Origin: Octopus sinensis
Lineage: Eukaryota
Length of the DNA stretch: 64,000 nt
NCBI RefSeq assembly: GCF_006345805.1
Contig: NW_021832592.1
Coordinates: 47,061 to 111,060 of the forward strand
Direction of reading: 5' to 3'
Positions 37,095 through 51,660 of the stretch are shown one piece after another. Under the pieces are notes generated by a model. It did not search any database and was not told where the DNA came from. It saw nothing but the letters and a program-made list of their open reading frames with translations. A program made the translations under genes and the position numbers. Each line of letters starts with the position of its first letter. Positions within the stretch are counted from its first letter, which is position 1.

Positions 37095-40000
37095 TTACGA
37101 ATTAATTTTATTCAAGCTACGAGGGCCAAACATAGAGGGAACGATACAACATGAACACGGGGTCGGGAAGCGTATGCAAATACATAGAAATGAAGAATTA
37201 AAAATTTATGATAATAAGACGAATGAAAAACAAACAATACAAGAGTACAATGAAGTGGTGCGGACAGTTACGACCCCGCAAGACACGTTCCTCCACTGGA
37301 CATTTTGATTTACCCGTTATACACACACGCAGGATCTTTCATTCCCAACATGTATACCACTTGCTTCCATCTTTTACCATACATATCCGATGACACCTCC
37401 ACTCTAACCGTATTTTCCTTCGTAGAAGGAAAACAAAGAGATGAAGATACCTGTCACCAATCCTTTCGTTCGTGTCTTCCATATAGCCTTTTTCGCTATA
37501 GAGACCACTACGAGAAAACACACCTTATCTTCTCTGTTCAGTGAGTGGGAAGAACAATCTTTATAACTGACTCGGACGACAGCTGTACTCTTCCCAGACG
37601 TGACAGCAGTCGTTCGACGTAAACCCACAGCTCTGTAATCCTCGAACACTGCCAAATGCGTGTGGAACAGTTTCACTTCCCGCCCACATCTTGGGCAGGC
37701 GGGTTAGCATAAGGCTCCGTGCCTTGCGAGTTATCGTGGACTGGTAAGGCTCCTTAGCAACATTGCCAGGTTAGGGACCTCTGGAAGTTGTCCAAGGGTC
37801 CCGGCCCGAATGTCCTTCGGAACAGGCTGGCCATCGTCAAAGCCTAGGGTTTCTCCCAGGGCGTCATCACACTTGGCATCTACCAACCCTCTATAGAATG
37901 ACGAGGTGAAACCCATGCTACCAGCAACGCCCATGTCCGTGCGGCAGAGGAGCAGGAGTGCCTTACGACACTCGGTCTGCCAAGCACCCAACTTTGGTCT
38001 ACTTTTGATCCATGGTTCTAGTTCACTAAAACTAGTGAACATAGGAAGCAACAGTTTGACGAACGGAGCCCACACCCGTTCACCATCCAGGTAAAGCCAA
38101 AGATGCCTTAGTCTCAGCTCGTGCTTGCGCATCATCAGCCAATGTATCCCTAGCCCACCCTTTAGCGGTTGTTGGCAACAGATAGAGCGCCTTACAAAAG
38201 GTCCTTTGCCCTTCCACAAGAAGCGGAAGAACAATCGTTCCAACTTGCTTAGCCACGAATCGAGACGAGACAGGACGGTTAAGCGGTAGGTGATCACAGA
38301 TGCGATAAACACATTTGCGACCTCTGCCCTCCCTTTCAGGGATAGCCATCGTCCAGACCAGATCTGGGTTAGATGGGCTATCCTGCTCGTGATCTCGCTC
38401 CAAGTTTTCTTTAACTGGAGGTCTGGCCCAAACCAGACCCCTAGCTTGTTCACCGGACTGTCTGTCCAACGTCCCACGACGCTCTTGGACGGCAATGACT
38501 TGCCTCTCCAAGTGCTGAGCTGCAAGCCGGCCGACTTTTCCCGGTTAATTATTGCTACTGCCACCACCTCGTATTTTTTAACGGCTTCAGCTACCCACTG
38601 TAGGTGTCTCGCCTTAGATACAATGATGGTGATGTCATCCATGTACGCCGTCACTGATCTTCTGCAACCTAGATTTCGCAGGAAGCCACTCATACACTCC
38701 AACTTCCGCAGAAAGGGCTTGAGAGCCAGTACATACAGAAGTGGGGAGAGCAGACATCTTTGACGAACCGAGCGCTTGATAGAGAACGGTTCTGAAAAGA
38801 AACCGTTCACCCGATCGATCGAGTGATTGTTGCTGTAAAACTCTATGATCCAACTGCGAAAGATCGGGCCCAACCCGACTGCCGCGAGAACCGTCACCAG
38901 ATACCGATCCTATCGAAAGCTTTAGCTTGGTCTAAATGGACCAGTGCCCCATCCTTGCCAGGTACCTTATTAACCCGCTCTAAGGTATAGCGTATAAGAT
39001 GGAGAATATCGTGTATGGACCGCTGGGGATAGCACAAGTTTGCGCCTCCCTGACGATTCCACCCACGACCCGCACCAATGTGTTTGCTAATACCTTGGCC
39101 AAAATCTTCAACTCTGCGTTCAGCGGAGTGATGGGCCGAAAGTTATTCACTAGATCCCCTTTGTCTGGGTCCTTCCTTAGCAGTGTCACCATTCCCCGGA
39201 TCAAAGGTTTGGGCATGAACCTATTCTACTGCCAATTGGTGAAAATGTAAATGCCCAAATAATTCTGGCATGCTGTAATAAAATTCGTAGGGAAGACCAT
39301 CCAATCCTGATAACCTCTCTCCACGACAATCCGACAAAGCATACTCTACGTCCGCAGCTGTGATCAGCTTTTTACAGCATTCCGCTTCCTGCACCGAAAG
39401 ATGCGGCAAACCGGTGAGGAAATCCGTAGGGTCCATCTTGCGCTCCGGTCCATCGCCCATCCCAAAAAGCTGGCCGAAATGCTCGTAAAAAACCTTGCAC
39501 ATCTCTGGTTCGTTTACCAATTGCCCGTGTTTGTTCGTCATAGACCTTATTTTGGTATCATTACCGTGTTGGGCTTCTACGACACGAGCCCCTCTCGCAG
39601 CGTTGATCCCTCTCGTCCAATTGTACGAAGCCTAGCTCTGATAATGCACCCTTCGTGTTTAGTATCGTGGTGTTGGTTGAGCGTCAATCTCGCGGCCAGT
39701 ACTTTGGATGCACTGCCAGTCCGCAATGCTCCTTTTAGGGCCTTAACTAAGTCCCTTTCTACTCTGTTCTTCTAATTTGCTAATTCCTTACTAAATAGGA
39801 CTCAGACTTAATGGCTCTTTTGAGGGCACGCCACCATTTATTGTTAATAATGGCATCTGTCAGAGCCCTCTTCACTAGCTGACTAATCCGGTTCCTATAC
39901 TCCTCACAGATCAAAAGAGACCTGTTGAGTTTCTTGTAGCCGAGTCCTTGTCTACATATCCTGTCTAAGACAAGCGTACAGGACACAAGCTTGTGATCGC

Positions 40001-42900
40001 TGTATCTGACATAGTGGAACTGTGGACAACTAGCTATATTCTTATCCTTATGTCTAACTATAATCTTATTTAGATAAGATCTAGAAGATCCGTTGCTGTT
40101 CGTCCATATCCACACTGGAGCGCCCGGAAATTCTAGTCTTTACTGGTCTGTCAGCTGAAAGCGACTGAGCAGAGCGGTGAAGCATGGGTTACCCTTTCTA
40201 TTTGGATTCGAGTCAACACAATCTGCGCATGCATCGCAGATTGTGATAGAGTCACCTAAAAATACTAAAGTATGAGACGAGCTTATTAGATTTTCTTGGC
40301 TTCTAAATTAGTCAGACTGTCTAGTCCTGAAGCAGGTGTAGATACCTACCAGCCTGAATGTTTTACCACTAGTGATCGTCACACCAAGGACAACCAACTT
40401 GCCTTCCCGGTCAATAAAAATTGTTCTAATCTCGAAAGCCAGATTTTTCCTGAGTGGAATTGTGACATCACTCCCTCCCACTGGTTGGCATGGAGAAATA
40501 AATTTCTCGTAACCGTTCAGGAGTGGGGATAAAGGCTCACATCCCACTCAGTCTGGTTTCCGTGGCCGCTATCACATCCAATGTATGTAACCTGATGTCA
40601 TTAAGGAAGTGACCTTGCTTCCAGTCTGACCCCAGGCCACGTACATTTAAATATCCTACAGTGAGTATATCCATAAAATGTCTTACCTTTGTTAGAGAAA
40701 GGATTATAATCCCTTCTCAGTATAGTCTTGCGGGGATTCTTTGGTTAGGCCCTCGTACATGGACGTACAAAAGTCCTTTCTGAGAGGGCCTATATCGTTG
40801 GGGAATCGGGAGCACAACATATTGTAATTTATCCAGTCTATGGAATAAATTTGAATCCCCTCTGGTAGGATGGTGTAATGTTCTTTATAGGGTTCTGTAG
40901 ATGGTATATCTTGCACTTCTACTGCCAAAAAATAATTCTTCGCATTTATTGCCATTAAGTTGAACTCGGCTGCTGTTGGGAAGAAGGGGAGGGGAAGTTC
41001 CTTTTCAGGACTGAGAGCGATAGATTTGGCTACTTTTTGTTAGTGTTGGAGTTGGGGTGGACTATTTGAAAATCGTTTGTGTCCGCTGGGGGAGATTTTC
41101 TTTTGTTGGTGCTGGGGCTAGAGTGGGTGGGTTGGGTGTTTCTCCTTTTTAATTTTTTGTGCGTTACAGTAGCCCTATGTATTTTAGTTTCCTTATTTTC
41201 GGTTTTTGGGGTAGTGTTTTCCTGTATGGATGGATCCTTTGTATCAGCTGTGGTCGTTGGTTCGGAGGTTTGGGGAGGGGAGGGACATTTAAAGCAGCGA
41301 GGCCTCCTCCCCTCGACCATCACACGTAACTTGGCCTCCTCTCCAATCTAGTGATGAGATGCTGCTTGAATGACTATTTCGAGCCTCTGGCTCGATTTTT
41401 GTGGCTTCGAGGATCGATATTTTATCCTCTAAGCCTATGATGAGTGTTGCACAAGGCCGGGTAACATTTTTCTCGGGAGAAATTTCTTCCACCGTTATTT
41501 TGGAAGTGCGCCTTACTAGGTAGGTTGGTAGCAGCACTACATCGGGTGTTTTTAAGGGTTTGATGGGGTGTTACCTGGCTTTTTCCTCACTTTTGAAATG
41601 CACAATGATTGTTGCAAATCTCTTGCCTATTGTCACAAAAGTAATGTCAAACCAAATAGGCTGTAGATATTTCTCCACTTCTTTCGATGCTATTTCTAGT
41701 TTTTTTCTCCTTAATTACTAGACTTTTGAACATAATTGTTTTTTGGTAGTGCTTTCTATACATTCACTTTGGAGGGTGGCTTTCAATTCATGCCCCTCTC
41801 TCTGAAACACCTATTTATGCTTGTTTAAAATTTCGGGTCCCACATTAAGAGTTTTCTCAGTATACCATCTGCAGCGGCGAAATTTACTTTGTTCAGCTAT
41901 TCTTATGGGCGACCTTCAAGAAAATCCGTTTCAGTCGCACCTTGAGTCCCTTCCACCACCTCCACGTTTTCGAGCTTGGTCAGGATCTTGACATTCTTTG
42001 GTTCTTGTTCCTTTTGGGGGCACATCAAAAAGATGTGCCCCTTCTGGCCACAGCCATAAGAAGTTGGAGGTCTCCCCTCCAAATTTTTTCCAGTAACTCA
42101 ATCACTTCCGGAATTCCGCTCAAGTGTGTCTGGGTGGGCTGGACAACTAATTCCAGGTCATAACCCCAGCAATTCAATTGCTGAGACCGCGTTGCCTGCG
42201 CAATTATTGGGTTTTCTTTTGTTCCCGAAAGTATGGCTTCTGCAGTCCATACCGCTTCTATCTCTGGCAGAATCCTGCCAACCCTTACCCTAGCGACTCG
42301 CTTCCCTAGGTAGGTTGGAAGGAGCAGCCATTCTTCTGATCTTATTGGTACAGTGGTGCGCTTCTCTGCCACCTCTATAGTGGCAAATTTTACCTCCACG
42401 GTACCGTACGTCCTACCACGGGTGTAGCAGGAGATGACATCTTTCCTTGGTTCGATACATTTTTCAATGACCTCCTCCGGATCCACTTCAATCTTCTTTC
42501 GGAGGAAACGCAAACTTCCATACGTTACTCTTTTTCTTTTCACATTTTTGGTTAATTTCTCCGAGGGAGTCAACTTCACTTTCGACCCCTCTCTTTCTGT
42601 ATAATGGAAACATTCACTTACATTAATATGGAGGATTTTAATTTCGCTCATTTTCAACTGTGATACTGTCTTGTTCTGTTTACCAGCCACCGACGCGTAG
42701 CTTTCTGCTCGTTCCTTCTCGTTGTTGATCTCCGGCATCCTACTTTCCATCCCGAATGGGGGAAAATACAAAAAAAAAAAAAAAAAAAAAAAACTCAAGC
42801 TTGCTGAACAAGCTATGTGTTTTTGAAAAAATGCAACAAATTAACAATAATAGTAACAATTTTAGTAGTTCGACGTACCTGGCCAGAAGCCTTCAACAAA
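37095..42900 (-). mobile_element. Near full-length degenerate L1/Tx1-clade LINE
   Basis: Two ORF1-like regions, then ORF2 from ATG 40674 (MDILTVGYLNVRGL, LGDS, YSDH endonuclease; GLDGLPYEFY, NFRPITPLNAELKILAK, SVRQRCLLSPLLY, AYMDD RT); AATAAA at 3' end; many stops and frameshifts. Confidence 0.92.
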
Positions 42901-43791
42901 TTAAACCACCCAACGATTGTTCTTTTACGCAGAAATTACGAATGCCTGGAACGCAGTTCATTTTGATTTTTATACCGATAACCTCCATGAGATGCGCGTG
43001 CATATCGGTTTCCATGACAATTGATTGCGTCTGCCACCTACGGCATTCAACGCAGCTGCGTTTCGGTGTCTTGTTTCAGGGAAAGATGAGAGGTTACCTG
43101 AATTTGGATCTCAGCCATAAATCAGCATGTCTTGGAAAATTTACACTTACACCCCTGGAATAAATTTTAAGAATTTAACATAAAAATGACATTTGATAAA
43201 ATCTCGATTTTTTGTTGCGCTTCAGTGTAAATTACTAGTAAGTAATATATCTGTTGTAAATCCTAGACTTGAATATTGTTCCCTCATTTCCTCATGGTGT
43301 ATACAACCATGAGAAATGTTATAAAGAGGCACAGGCTTTGTCCTCCCTTTATTAGAGAAAGAGAAATGTAGTTAATTGGTGTTGACAGTGAAATGGACTT
43401 AGTAAATATAGGAAGAAAGAAGCGTTGTAACAACAAAGGCAAAATATATTAAAACATTCGGTCTTCAAAACAAAAAAGGAAGTGATTTAATTTCTCTCAC
43501 GCTTCTAAAATTACTTTTAGTAAATGTATTTGCAGGGAAGCGAAACATTATACATTATAGTTGTAATATCAACTACAAAAACTATGACAACGATGACGAT
43601 AACAACAAATTGCAGTTGAATCTCCTTTTAGACACAAAGTACATATCTAAAAGTAATTGTATGATTATCTTTGGTCACATGTTTGCTCGAAAAATTTGAT
43701 CTGCAGATAAGAAACGAGAACAACAAGCGCGACTATAGATTACTAAACTAATACTCACTAACACACACACACGCGCGCGCGAGCACACACT

Positions 43792-43827
<36 letters not shown>

Positions 43828-44427
43828 AACAAACAAACAAACACACCTTGCTACTAATGCTTCTGAAAAATGACGTTGATAATTACCCATTCTCTATAAC
43901 ATTGAACTCCTATCTTGCTCGGCATGTCAATCTCCTGGAAACTGTTCAGAAGCGTACAATCAGACTTATTCACTGTTCACTTCTTTATTCTTATACTGTT
44001 CATTAAGTTTTGGTTACTTTTTCTTTTCTGATGAATTGCATCTGAGCACTGTATACAATAAGTTCATTATTTATTAGAAATATTAAATTTCTAAATGTCT
44101 CAAAGAGACATGAGCGGTGGTGGAGCGATAGAGTGGTTGTATACTGTCAACATAACGTGACAGTCCCGTATGGGAATTACACCACCGCTGTTTAGCCCTA
44201 GGAAGCATCGACGCTTCCTATCGGCTTTGACTTAGTAACAAATGCTGTGAACATATATGACACCAACCAATCATTTAACAATTGAAATTTCGTTCCGTGC
44301 TCAAGAAAGAACTCATTGATTTAGTAGCTGATTTATCCTTCCTTTCTACTTCCTTCCTTCCTCAAATCTATACAACAGTTTCCCGAGCAAATTGTAGGGT
44401 GTTTTCTATTTGGTGACAAATATATAT

Positions 44428-44648
44428 TTACTCTTTACTCTTTTACTTGTTTCAGTCATTTGACTGCGGCCATGCTGGAGCACCGCCTTTAGTCGAGCAA
44501 ATCGACCCCAGGACGTATTCGTTGTAAGGCCTAGTACTTATTCTATCGGTCTCTTATTGCCGAACCGCTAAGTTACGGGGACATGAACACACCAGCATCG
44601 GTTGTCGAGCGATGTTGGGAAGACAAACACAGACACACAAACACACAC

Positions 44649-44714
<66 letters not shown>

Positions 44715-44728
44715 ATATACATATATAT

Positions 44729-44807
<79 letters not shown>

Positions 44808-44962
44808 CACGACAGGCTTCTTTCAGTTTCCGTCTACCAAATCCACTCCCAAGGCTTTGGTCGGCCCGAGGCTATAGTAGAAGACACTTGCCCAAGGTGC
44901 CACGCAGTGGGACTGAACCCGGAACCGTTTGGTTGGTAAGCAAGCTACTTACCACACAGCCA
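44428..44962 (-). mobile_element. SINE family A with expanded internal (TA)n
   Basis: Reverse copy of family A. Confidence 0.9.
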
Positions 44963-46049
44963 CACCTGAGCCTATGCATATTTATGCATATTTACTTGGA
45001 AATTGGTTCGCTTACGGTTCGACAAATCATAGTGTGAACATTTTTTTTCTTTGCACAGCACAACTTACACTTGTCTGGAATGGTCTTGCCTACTTATTGA
45101 AACAATAAAGAAAATATTATCGTCGACTATTATTTTTTTCTCTCATTACCTATTTGACCCTCCTTTAGCATTTCAATGTCTCAAATGTTAAATATACATA
45201 GAAAAATGGAATTGCTTAGATAATGAATAATAAGTGAGAGGCGATGTTATTCGACTTGTAAACACTAAGTAAGTGGCCGCGAACTTATTTAATTCATAAG
45301 GCAACAATGGTCAAAATAAATTCAATGAGAGAGAAAAAAAAAAAAACCAGAGGAAAAAGAAATTTGGTCAATGTTTGATATCATTTTAAGTTTTCCTGAA
45401 ATTTTACTTATAGCATTAATAAAGTCATATCTTAGTTTCTATAGTTCAGTGTAACAAGTACCACTGACTATCAAATTCTGTTCAATCAATAATTGCTTAA
45501 GAATGTAACAAACATTTAGAATGCAAAAAAAAAAAAAAAACAGAAAAAAGCAAAAGACAACTTCAAGTATAGAAACTAAGGGGAGAAAAATCAATGCATA
45601 GTGTAGTAGTTACCTCCCTTAAGCAAATTATCGCCCTTCGTGGATTTAATGCGCTAACCTAGAAACTGCCTTCACAAACTATTAAAAAAAAGTGCTTACA
45701 AACTACTAAAGTAGTATTATAAAATTGTTCATTCAGTCATTTACATAAATAGCTTTGCATAGTTATGCAATCTAAGCAGACTAGGTGTATAGAAGTAATA
45801 GATTTAATTGAAAAATAATCATTTTGATTAGACAACTTGTAATATGAAGAGAATTAAAATCGATTCATTTATGTTGCTGGAATATAGTTTATCAACACCG
45901 GTTATCTGAAGAGTAAAGCCTTTCCCTTTACAATTACTTTGTACGGAAACATCCTTAGTTTTATTGTGGAATATTCTCCTTATAGATTTTATATAACTCG
46001 ACTTTAGAATGGTCGGTGTGTTAGAAACTACATGACATTGGAAATATTT

Positions 46050-46880
46050 TGGAGATTAGTCGTGTGGCTCAAGAAATTTTTTTTAAAGGTTGTAGTCAGA
46101 CGGATGCAACTAGTACAGCCCTCCCTGATCTTGAAAGGAGTCCCATAGGGAAATGTCTTAGGGATATTCTATCGAACACAACTCAGACATACTTTCTCAC
46201 AATCTATGCCAATGATATAAAAGTTTTACAGGTAATGAAGTATTCTGATCATGCCAGACAACCGCGGCATTAACTTAATCCAGTCTACAAGAAGGCCGAA
46301 GTAAATAATATGCAATTTAAAGCCTGAAAATTACGAGCTATTCGCTATAAATCTACAAACACATTACTGAGATGGCAACGATGTGCTAAAGGTTGCTGGG
46401 GTGGATTTTGATATCAGGCCGTGAGAGTCGGAAGCTGTGCTTGTTTTGTGAAGAACAATCCTTGTCAGACGTTTGATCTATTCCACACCACTAGAAATTA
46501 TGCTACCAGAAGATCGTTACAGTGCTATAACTAAGGTACTGGAAGAGGCTGAAAGCGATAAAATTCACCTTCTCGGGCAGAGAACTAGAAAGATATGTAG
46601 TGATCCATACGTTAAAGAACTTTGAAGAACTACCACTAGAATAGGAACAACACGATATACAAGTATAGTGCCAAATATAGCAGGACTACATACTGTAATA
46701 ACTTAAGGATCAACAGCCCACAGATTATCAATATCTCATCAAAGAAACTGAAAACGCTACGGGGAGTGGATGTAAATGTATTCAAAGGTATCTGGATGCT
46801 CCGCTATCTGCGATTCCTGACAAACTGCGCTAAGAAATGCAACAGAGAGCATTGGTATTAAACTTCTTCATTCAACCAAA
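46050..46880 (+). mobile_element. Highly decayed CR1-like LINE RT region
   Basis: LTIYANDIKV (YADD position) and later remnants resembling CR1 C-terminus (GVDVNVFK..LD..L..IPD). Confidence 0.55.
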
Positions 46881-46952
46881 ATTCTCTTGAGAAACAATAT
46901 TAGTTTCCTCTTTGTCTCGATCTTTTAAATCTGTCCATTTACTTTATAACAT

Positions 46953-48425
46953 AGTAGCAGGCGTACTCGACGTTGTCCGGGTGCATTAGTTCGAAAAGGC
47001 TAAGAAACTAATAAAGCGATTAACACCCACTCCGTTAAGCACCTTTCACGCTTTATGGCAAGACTAACATCTAAGTAACTCTTTAAGGGAACCGCACGTG
47101 TAATATTACGACAACAATCAAATGAAATGATAAAGCAACAAAAGTTATAACAGCAATAATGTAGGACTGAAATATAGCACCAGTACGGCAAGTCTACAAA
47201 TCTTCCTTATAAACAACATTTTTAGTTTTCCCCTGGGAGATGAAGGCATGTAAACTGTTCCTAAAACCCTCTCTTGAGCAGCAAACGTACAGTTGACCGC
47301 ATGAAGAGCACGGTTCGGCTAAGTAAAGTCCAACAACAGACAGAAATTGTCCCTGAGACTTATTAATAGACATGGCGTAACTGAGTCTAATTGGAAACTG
47401 CACTCTGCGGAATGTGAATGGTAAGTAAGCAGCTGAAGGCACAAGGGCAATTCGCAGTATGAAGACGTCTTGACCTTTACCACAGACAGTCATAATCGTT
47501 GCTTCAATGACATTGGGAAGTAATTTTGTTATAACAAGACGTGTACCGTTGCCCAACGTCGGTGGATTTAAATTCCTTATCAGCATAACAGGGCTACCTG
47601 CTTTAAGACTAAGAATATGTGGAGGTAACACCTGAAGGCTCCAAGGAATTCAAAAATTCAGTGGGATAATCAACTACATCCTGATTGGGAATGGTGTCTA
47701 CTGACTTATAGACTGTCATGTCACCAGGCAAACGCTGTAAGAGGCTGTTGTTGATTGAACTGATCGCAACGTTTTTAGGAGCCAAAGTGGCTCTTTGGCA
47801 ATGCCAATCTAGATCTCCGTTGTGGACTTAGGACTGGGAAGACCTGATCCTGAAAACTCTGGATAGTACTGACTATTGTGAAAATGTTACTTATGTTAAC
47901 ATCTTCATTTTCGTCTTCTGGAACTTCACCATTGCCAAGATGAATGTCCCTCGCAAAATCTTCGGACAAGAGGTCCTCATGGAGGCGCGCTCTCATACTG
48001 GATTCTAACCTTAAAGTAACAACATGACCCCATAGAAGTGAAAACTTAAGACACGCCGTTACTTCATCCGCCCTTTTGCCTTTCGGAATCACTGGCAATG
48101 TTTGCCTAAAGTCCCCAGATAGCAAGACAGTGACACACCCCATCGGTTCGTGGTTTTCCTTTATGTCTCGCAAAGTTCCATCCGATGCCTTGTGAGCCAT
48201 TGTGCATTCATCCCAAACAATCAGGCGGCATTGTGAGAACAATTACCCGTTGTCCGACGTCTTTGAAATGTTGCAAACAGGCGTTGGTGAACTTGCGAGA
48301 TTAAGGAGAAGCTTAAACGTAGAGTGTGCAGTCCTACCACTAGGGAGCAGAGTAGCAGGTATGCCCGAAGTTGCCACAGCTATTGCGATGCACTTTTGTA
48401 GCCTTACTTTTGCAAGAATGAGTTT
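46953..48425 (-). mobile_element. Helitron 3' part with Pif1-family helicase pseudogene
   Basis: LIVWDECTM, LLSGDFRQTLPVIP, PPHILSLKAGSPVMLIRNLNP..NGTRL, QFPIRLSYAMSINKSQGQ, GQLYV..SR; decayed terminal hairpin + CTAC near 46955. Confidence 0.92.
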
Positions 48426-48485
48426 GTCTGTATGTATGTATGTATGTATGTATGTATGTATGTATGTATGTATGTATGTATGTAC

Positions 48486-48561
<76 letters not shown>

Positions 48562-49210
48562 GTCTTTGCTTTGAATTTTATTTAATTTCTTTTTGAGAGA
48601 GCTCAAGACTTTTTGAGTTAAGAGAAATCTTGATGTTTGTAAATATGTCGTTGCGCTTGGTTGTTAGTAGTACTGTCGATGCATAGTTCCAAATGTGCGA
48701 ATCTATTCACATAAGAATCTCAGAGGGAAAATTGTTTGAATATTTTAGAAATATTCATTGCGTCACTAATAAATTTGATTTGGAAAATGTGCGTCAGTTT
48801 CTTTTGCTCTTTCTCTGTGAAACCGAATACTTCTAGATTTTTGTGAAAATTTGCTGATACATAACCTAATCCACCTATTATGATAGAAACGAATGAGATT
48901 TGATAGTCGGGACACAAGAGCTGCAAGTTCCGCATTAATTCGCCAGAAATGTTCTCTTTTTCCTGGTCTTTTGATTATACATTCACGTCCGCTGGGCAAC
49001 TGACTTCTACAACAGTGTATGTCTTTTGTTCCCTGTCCCACAGAACAACATCAGGTCTGTTAAGTTTGCACCGAACTGATATTTTCATTGGTGGGTGGGG
49101 GGGTGTTCCACAAGTAATCATTGCTTTTAAAGGTGTGAATACCTGCTAGTTCTGATATGCCTTTGATGTATACATGAAGGCAATCTTTCTTGCGGATAGC
49201 ATTGTAAATA

Positions 49211-50457
49211 CGAGGTGGTATCAAAACGCTCCCGGACTAGTTCTGCAGCGCGCCAACAGATGGCAGCACACGGTTGCATTCACAGTGAGAGCTAGCAGTG
49301 ACCGTCATGAGGTAGGGTGCCGAGTGACATCTCTGTGTTTACTTCGCAAGTTGTAAAATTTGTGTTTTTGTGGTCACGTGTTGGCTGTAGTCTGCGCTTT
49401 TGTTATGACCAGCAACAAAGAACCAACGTGAAATTTTTCATCAAACTTAGGAAGTCTGCTGCAAAGACAATGAGCATGCTTCGACAAGCTTACGGCGATG
49501 AGGCAATGTGTCGTACACAATATTTCAAGTGTACAGGCGCTTCAAATTCAGAAGAACACCTGCCACGAGCGTCACACCCGGGAGTGTGGAAAAAATTCAG
49601 CAGCTTGTGTATAAGGATCGTTGGAGGACAATCAACGACATTGCTGATGTTGTTTGTCGTATGAGTCCGCGCAAGCAATCCTAACGTCTGAATTGAATAT
49701 ACGGGCTGTCTGCCAATTTTGTGCCCCGCTTGCTGACCACTGAATGGTAAGAGTATCACGTCGAAGTCTGTCAAGATCTCTGTCAGCATGCTACTGATGA
49801 CCCATCTTCTATGTGGAGGATCATTATCGGTGATGAGAGTTGGGTCTATCTTGAAACGAAACAGCAGTCGTCACAACAGAAATGAACTTCATCTCCACGG
49901 CAGAAGAAGACACGACAGAGCCGCAGTTCAGTCAAGAGTATGCTCATCGTCTTTTTCAACATCTGCGGTATGTGCATCGAGAATTCATCCCCTAAGATCA
50001 ACCCGTCAATCGAGAGTTCGATTCCGACGTTTTGAAGGGTTTAAAAATAATTACGGCCAGATCTGCGGAGTGCGAAGAACTGGATTCTTCACGACGACAA
50101 TGCACTCTGTCTCCGAGCTCTCCTCACTGGTGAGTTTCTCGCCAAAGACAATAAGGTATCGCTTCCGCACCCGCCTTATTCACCAGATTTAGTACCTGCG
50201 GACTTCCATCTCTTCCCCAAGATTAAAATGCAGTTCAAAGGTCACCGTTGTCACGATCCAGGGCGAATCGCAGAAGGTCCTCGACTTCTTTACGGAAAAC
50301 GTCTTGCAGACCGGATTTGAAAAGTAATAGGAACGCTGGGACCGGTGTATTGCTGCGCAAGGTTACTATTTCGAAAGAGATGTTGTTAAAACTTAGGTAA
50401 ATAAGTTATTTTTTTAATTAAAAATAACTAGTTCGGGAACGTTTCGATACCATCTCG
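49211..50457 (+). mobile_element. Full-span mariner element, transposase disrupted
   Basis: TA|CGAGGTGGTATCAAAACGCTCCCGGACTAGTT ... AACTAGTTCGGGAACGTTTCGATACCATCTCG|TA; QRTNVKFF, IIGDESW, HDDNA, HPPYSPDLVPADFHLFP. Confidence 0.93.
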
Positions 50458-50734
50458 TAATCTTTGTAACTACATCATGCCTCAGGGGCAGGTACATTTT
50501 GGTGTAGCTGCTGATGGTGTGGGTGATATCTTCCAGACTGATATAGCTGAGCCGACATTTTGTTATCACAACGTGGAGGTTTGGCGGTTTACCAAGTATT
50601 TAGTAGCCACTGTTGTTTCTGGATAGTGAAGGCATATCGTTCTAGGTGGGATGTAATGTATCTATCGTAGGCTTAGGAGAGGCTACGTTTCTCGTCAACG
50701 CTGCTGTTGCCCCCTAGCATACGAGATAATATGT

Positions 50735-51033
50735 TTGTTCCTTCTCGAGCCATGCCTGGCTCATAAGGTCCAGTATCCCGGGTTCCTTGGCGTATAGGTT
50801 CCCCACCTGGACGGGACGCCGGTCCGTCGCAGGTGAGCTGCAAGATGCAGGAGGAAAGAGTAATAGAAAGTTGTGGCGAAAGAGTCAGCAGAAGTTCGCC
50901 ATTACCTTCTGCCGGAGCCGCGTGGAGCTTAGGTGTTTCGCTCATAAACACACATCGCCCGATCTGAGATTCGAACCCACGATCCCTTGACCACGAGTCC
51001 GTTGCTCTAAACACTAGGCCATGTGCCTCCACT
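50735..51033 (-). mobile_element. tRNA-derived SINE family C
   Basis: A/B boxes on minus strand; TSD AGATAATATGT at 50724 and 51034. Confidence 0.9.
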
Positions 51034-51180
51034 AGATAATATGTACCCATGCATTGCTTTTTGCTGGTATGATACTGGCTTCTCCTCCAAACTTCTGTTT
51101 GAATAAGTCAGTTCAACCTTCTTTGAGTCGCAAGAGACATTTGTATTCTCAAAGTACTTGCACAGTATCTCTTTTACAAC

Positions 51181-51448
51181 ACTCTTTTACTTGTTTCAGT
51201 CATTTGATTGTGGTCATGCTGGAGCATCGCCTTTAGTCGAGCAAATCGACTCCAGTACTTTTCTTTGTAAGCCTAGTACTTCTTCTGTCGGTCTGTTTTA
51301 CCGAACCGCTAAGTTACGGGGACGTAAACACAAAAGCATCATTTGTCAAGCGATGTCGGGGGGGGGGGGCAGACACAGAAACACAAACACATACACACAC
51401 ACAAACACACACACACGCACGCACACAGCACGCACACGCACACACACG

Positions 51449-51481
<33 letters not shown>

Positions 51482-51660
51482 CACACACATATATATACAT
51501 ATATACGGCGGGCTTCTTTTAGTTTCCGTCTACCAAATCCACTCACAAGGCATTGGTCAGCCCGAGGCTATAGCAGAAGACACTTGCCCAAGGTGCCACG
51601 CAGTGGAACTGAACCCGGAACCATGTGGTTCGTAAGCAACCTACTTACCACACAGCCACC
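51181..51660 (-). mobile_element. SINE family A
   Basis: Reverse copy with (CA)n core. Confidence 0.9.

Noticed and set aside
44185-44265. Hairpin TAGGAAGC/GCTTCCTA + GGGCTAA resembling the 3' half of an HDV-like ribozyme (minus)
   Set aside because: Could not build P1/P3/L3.
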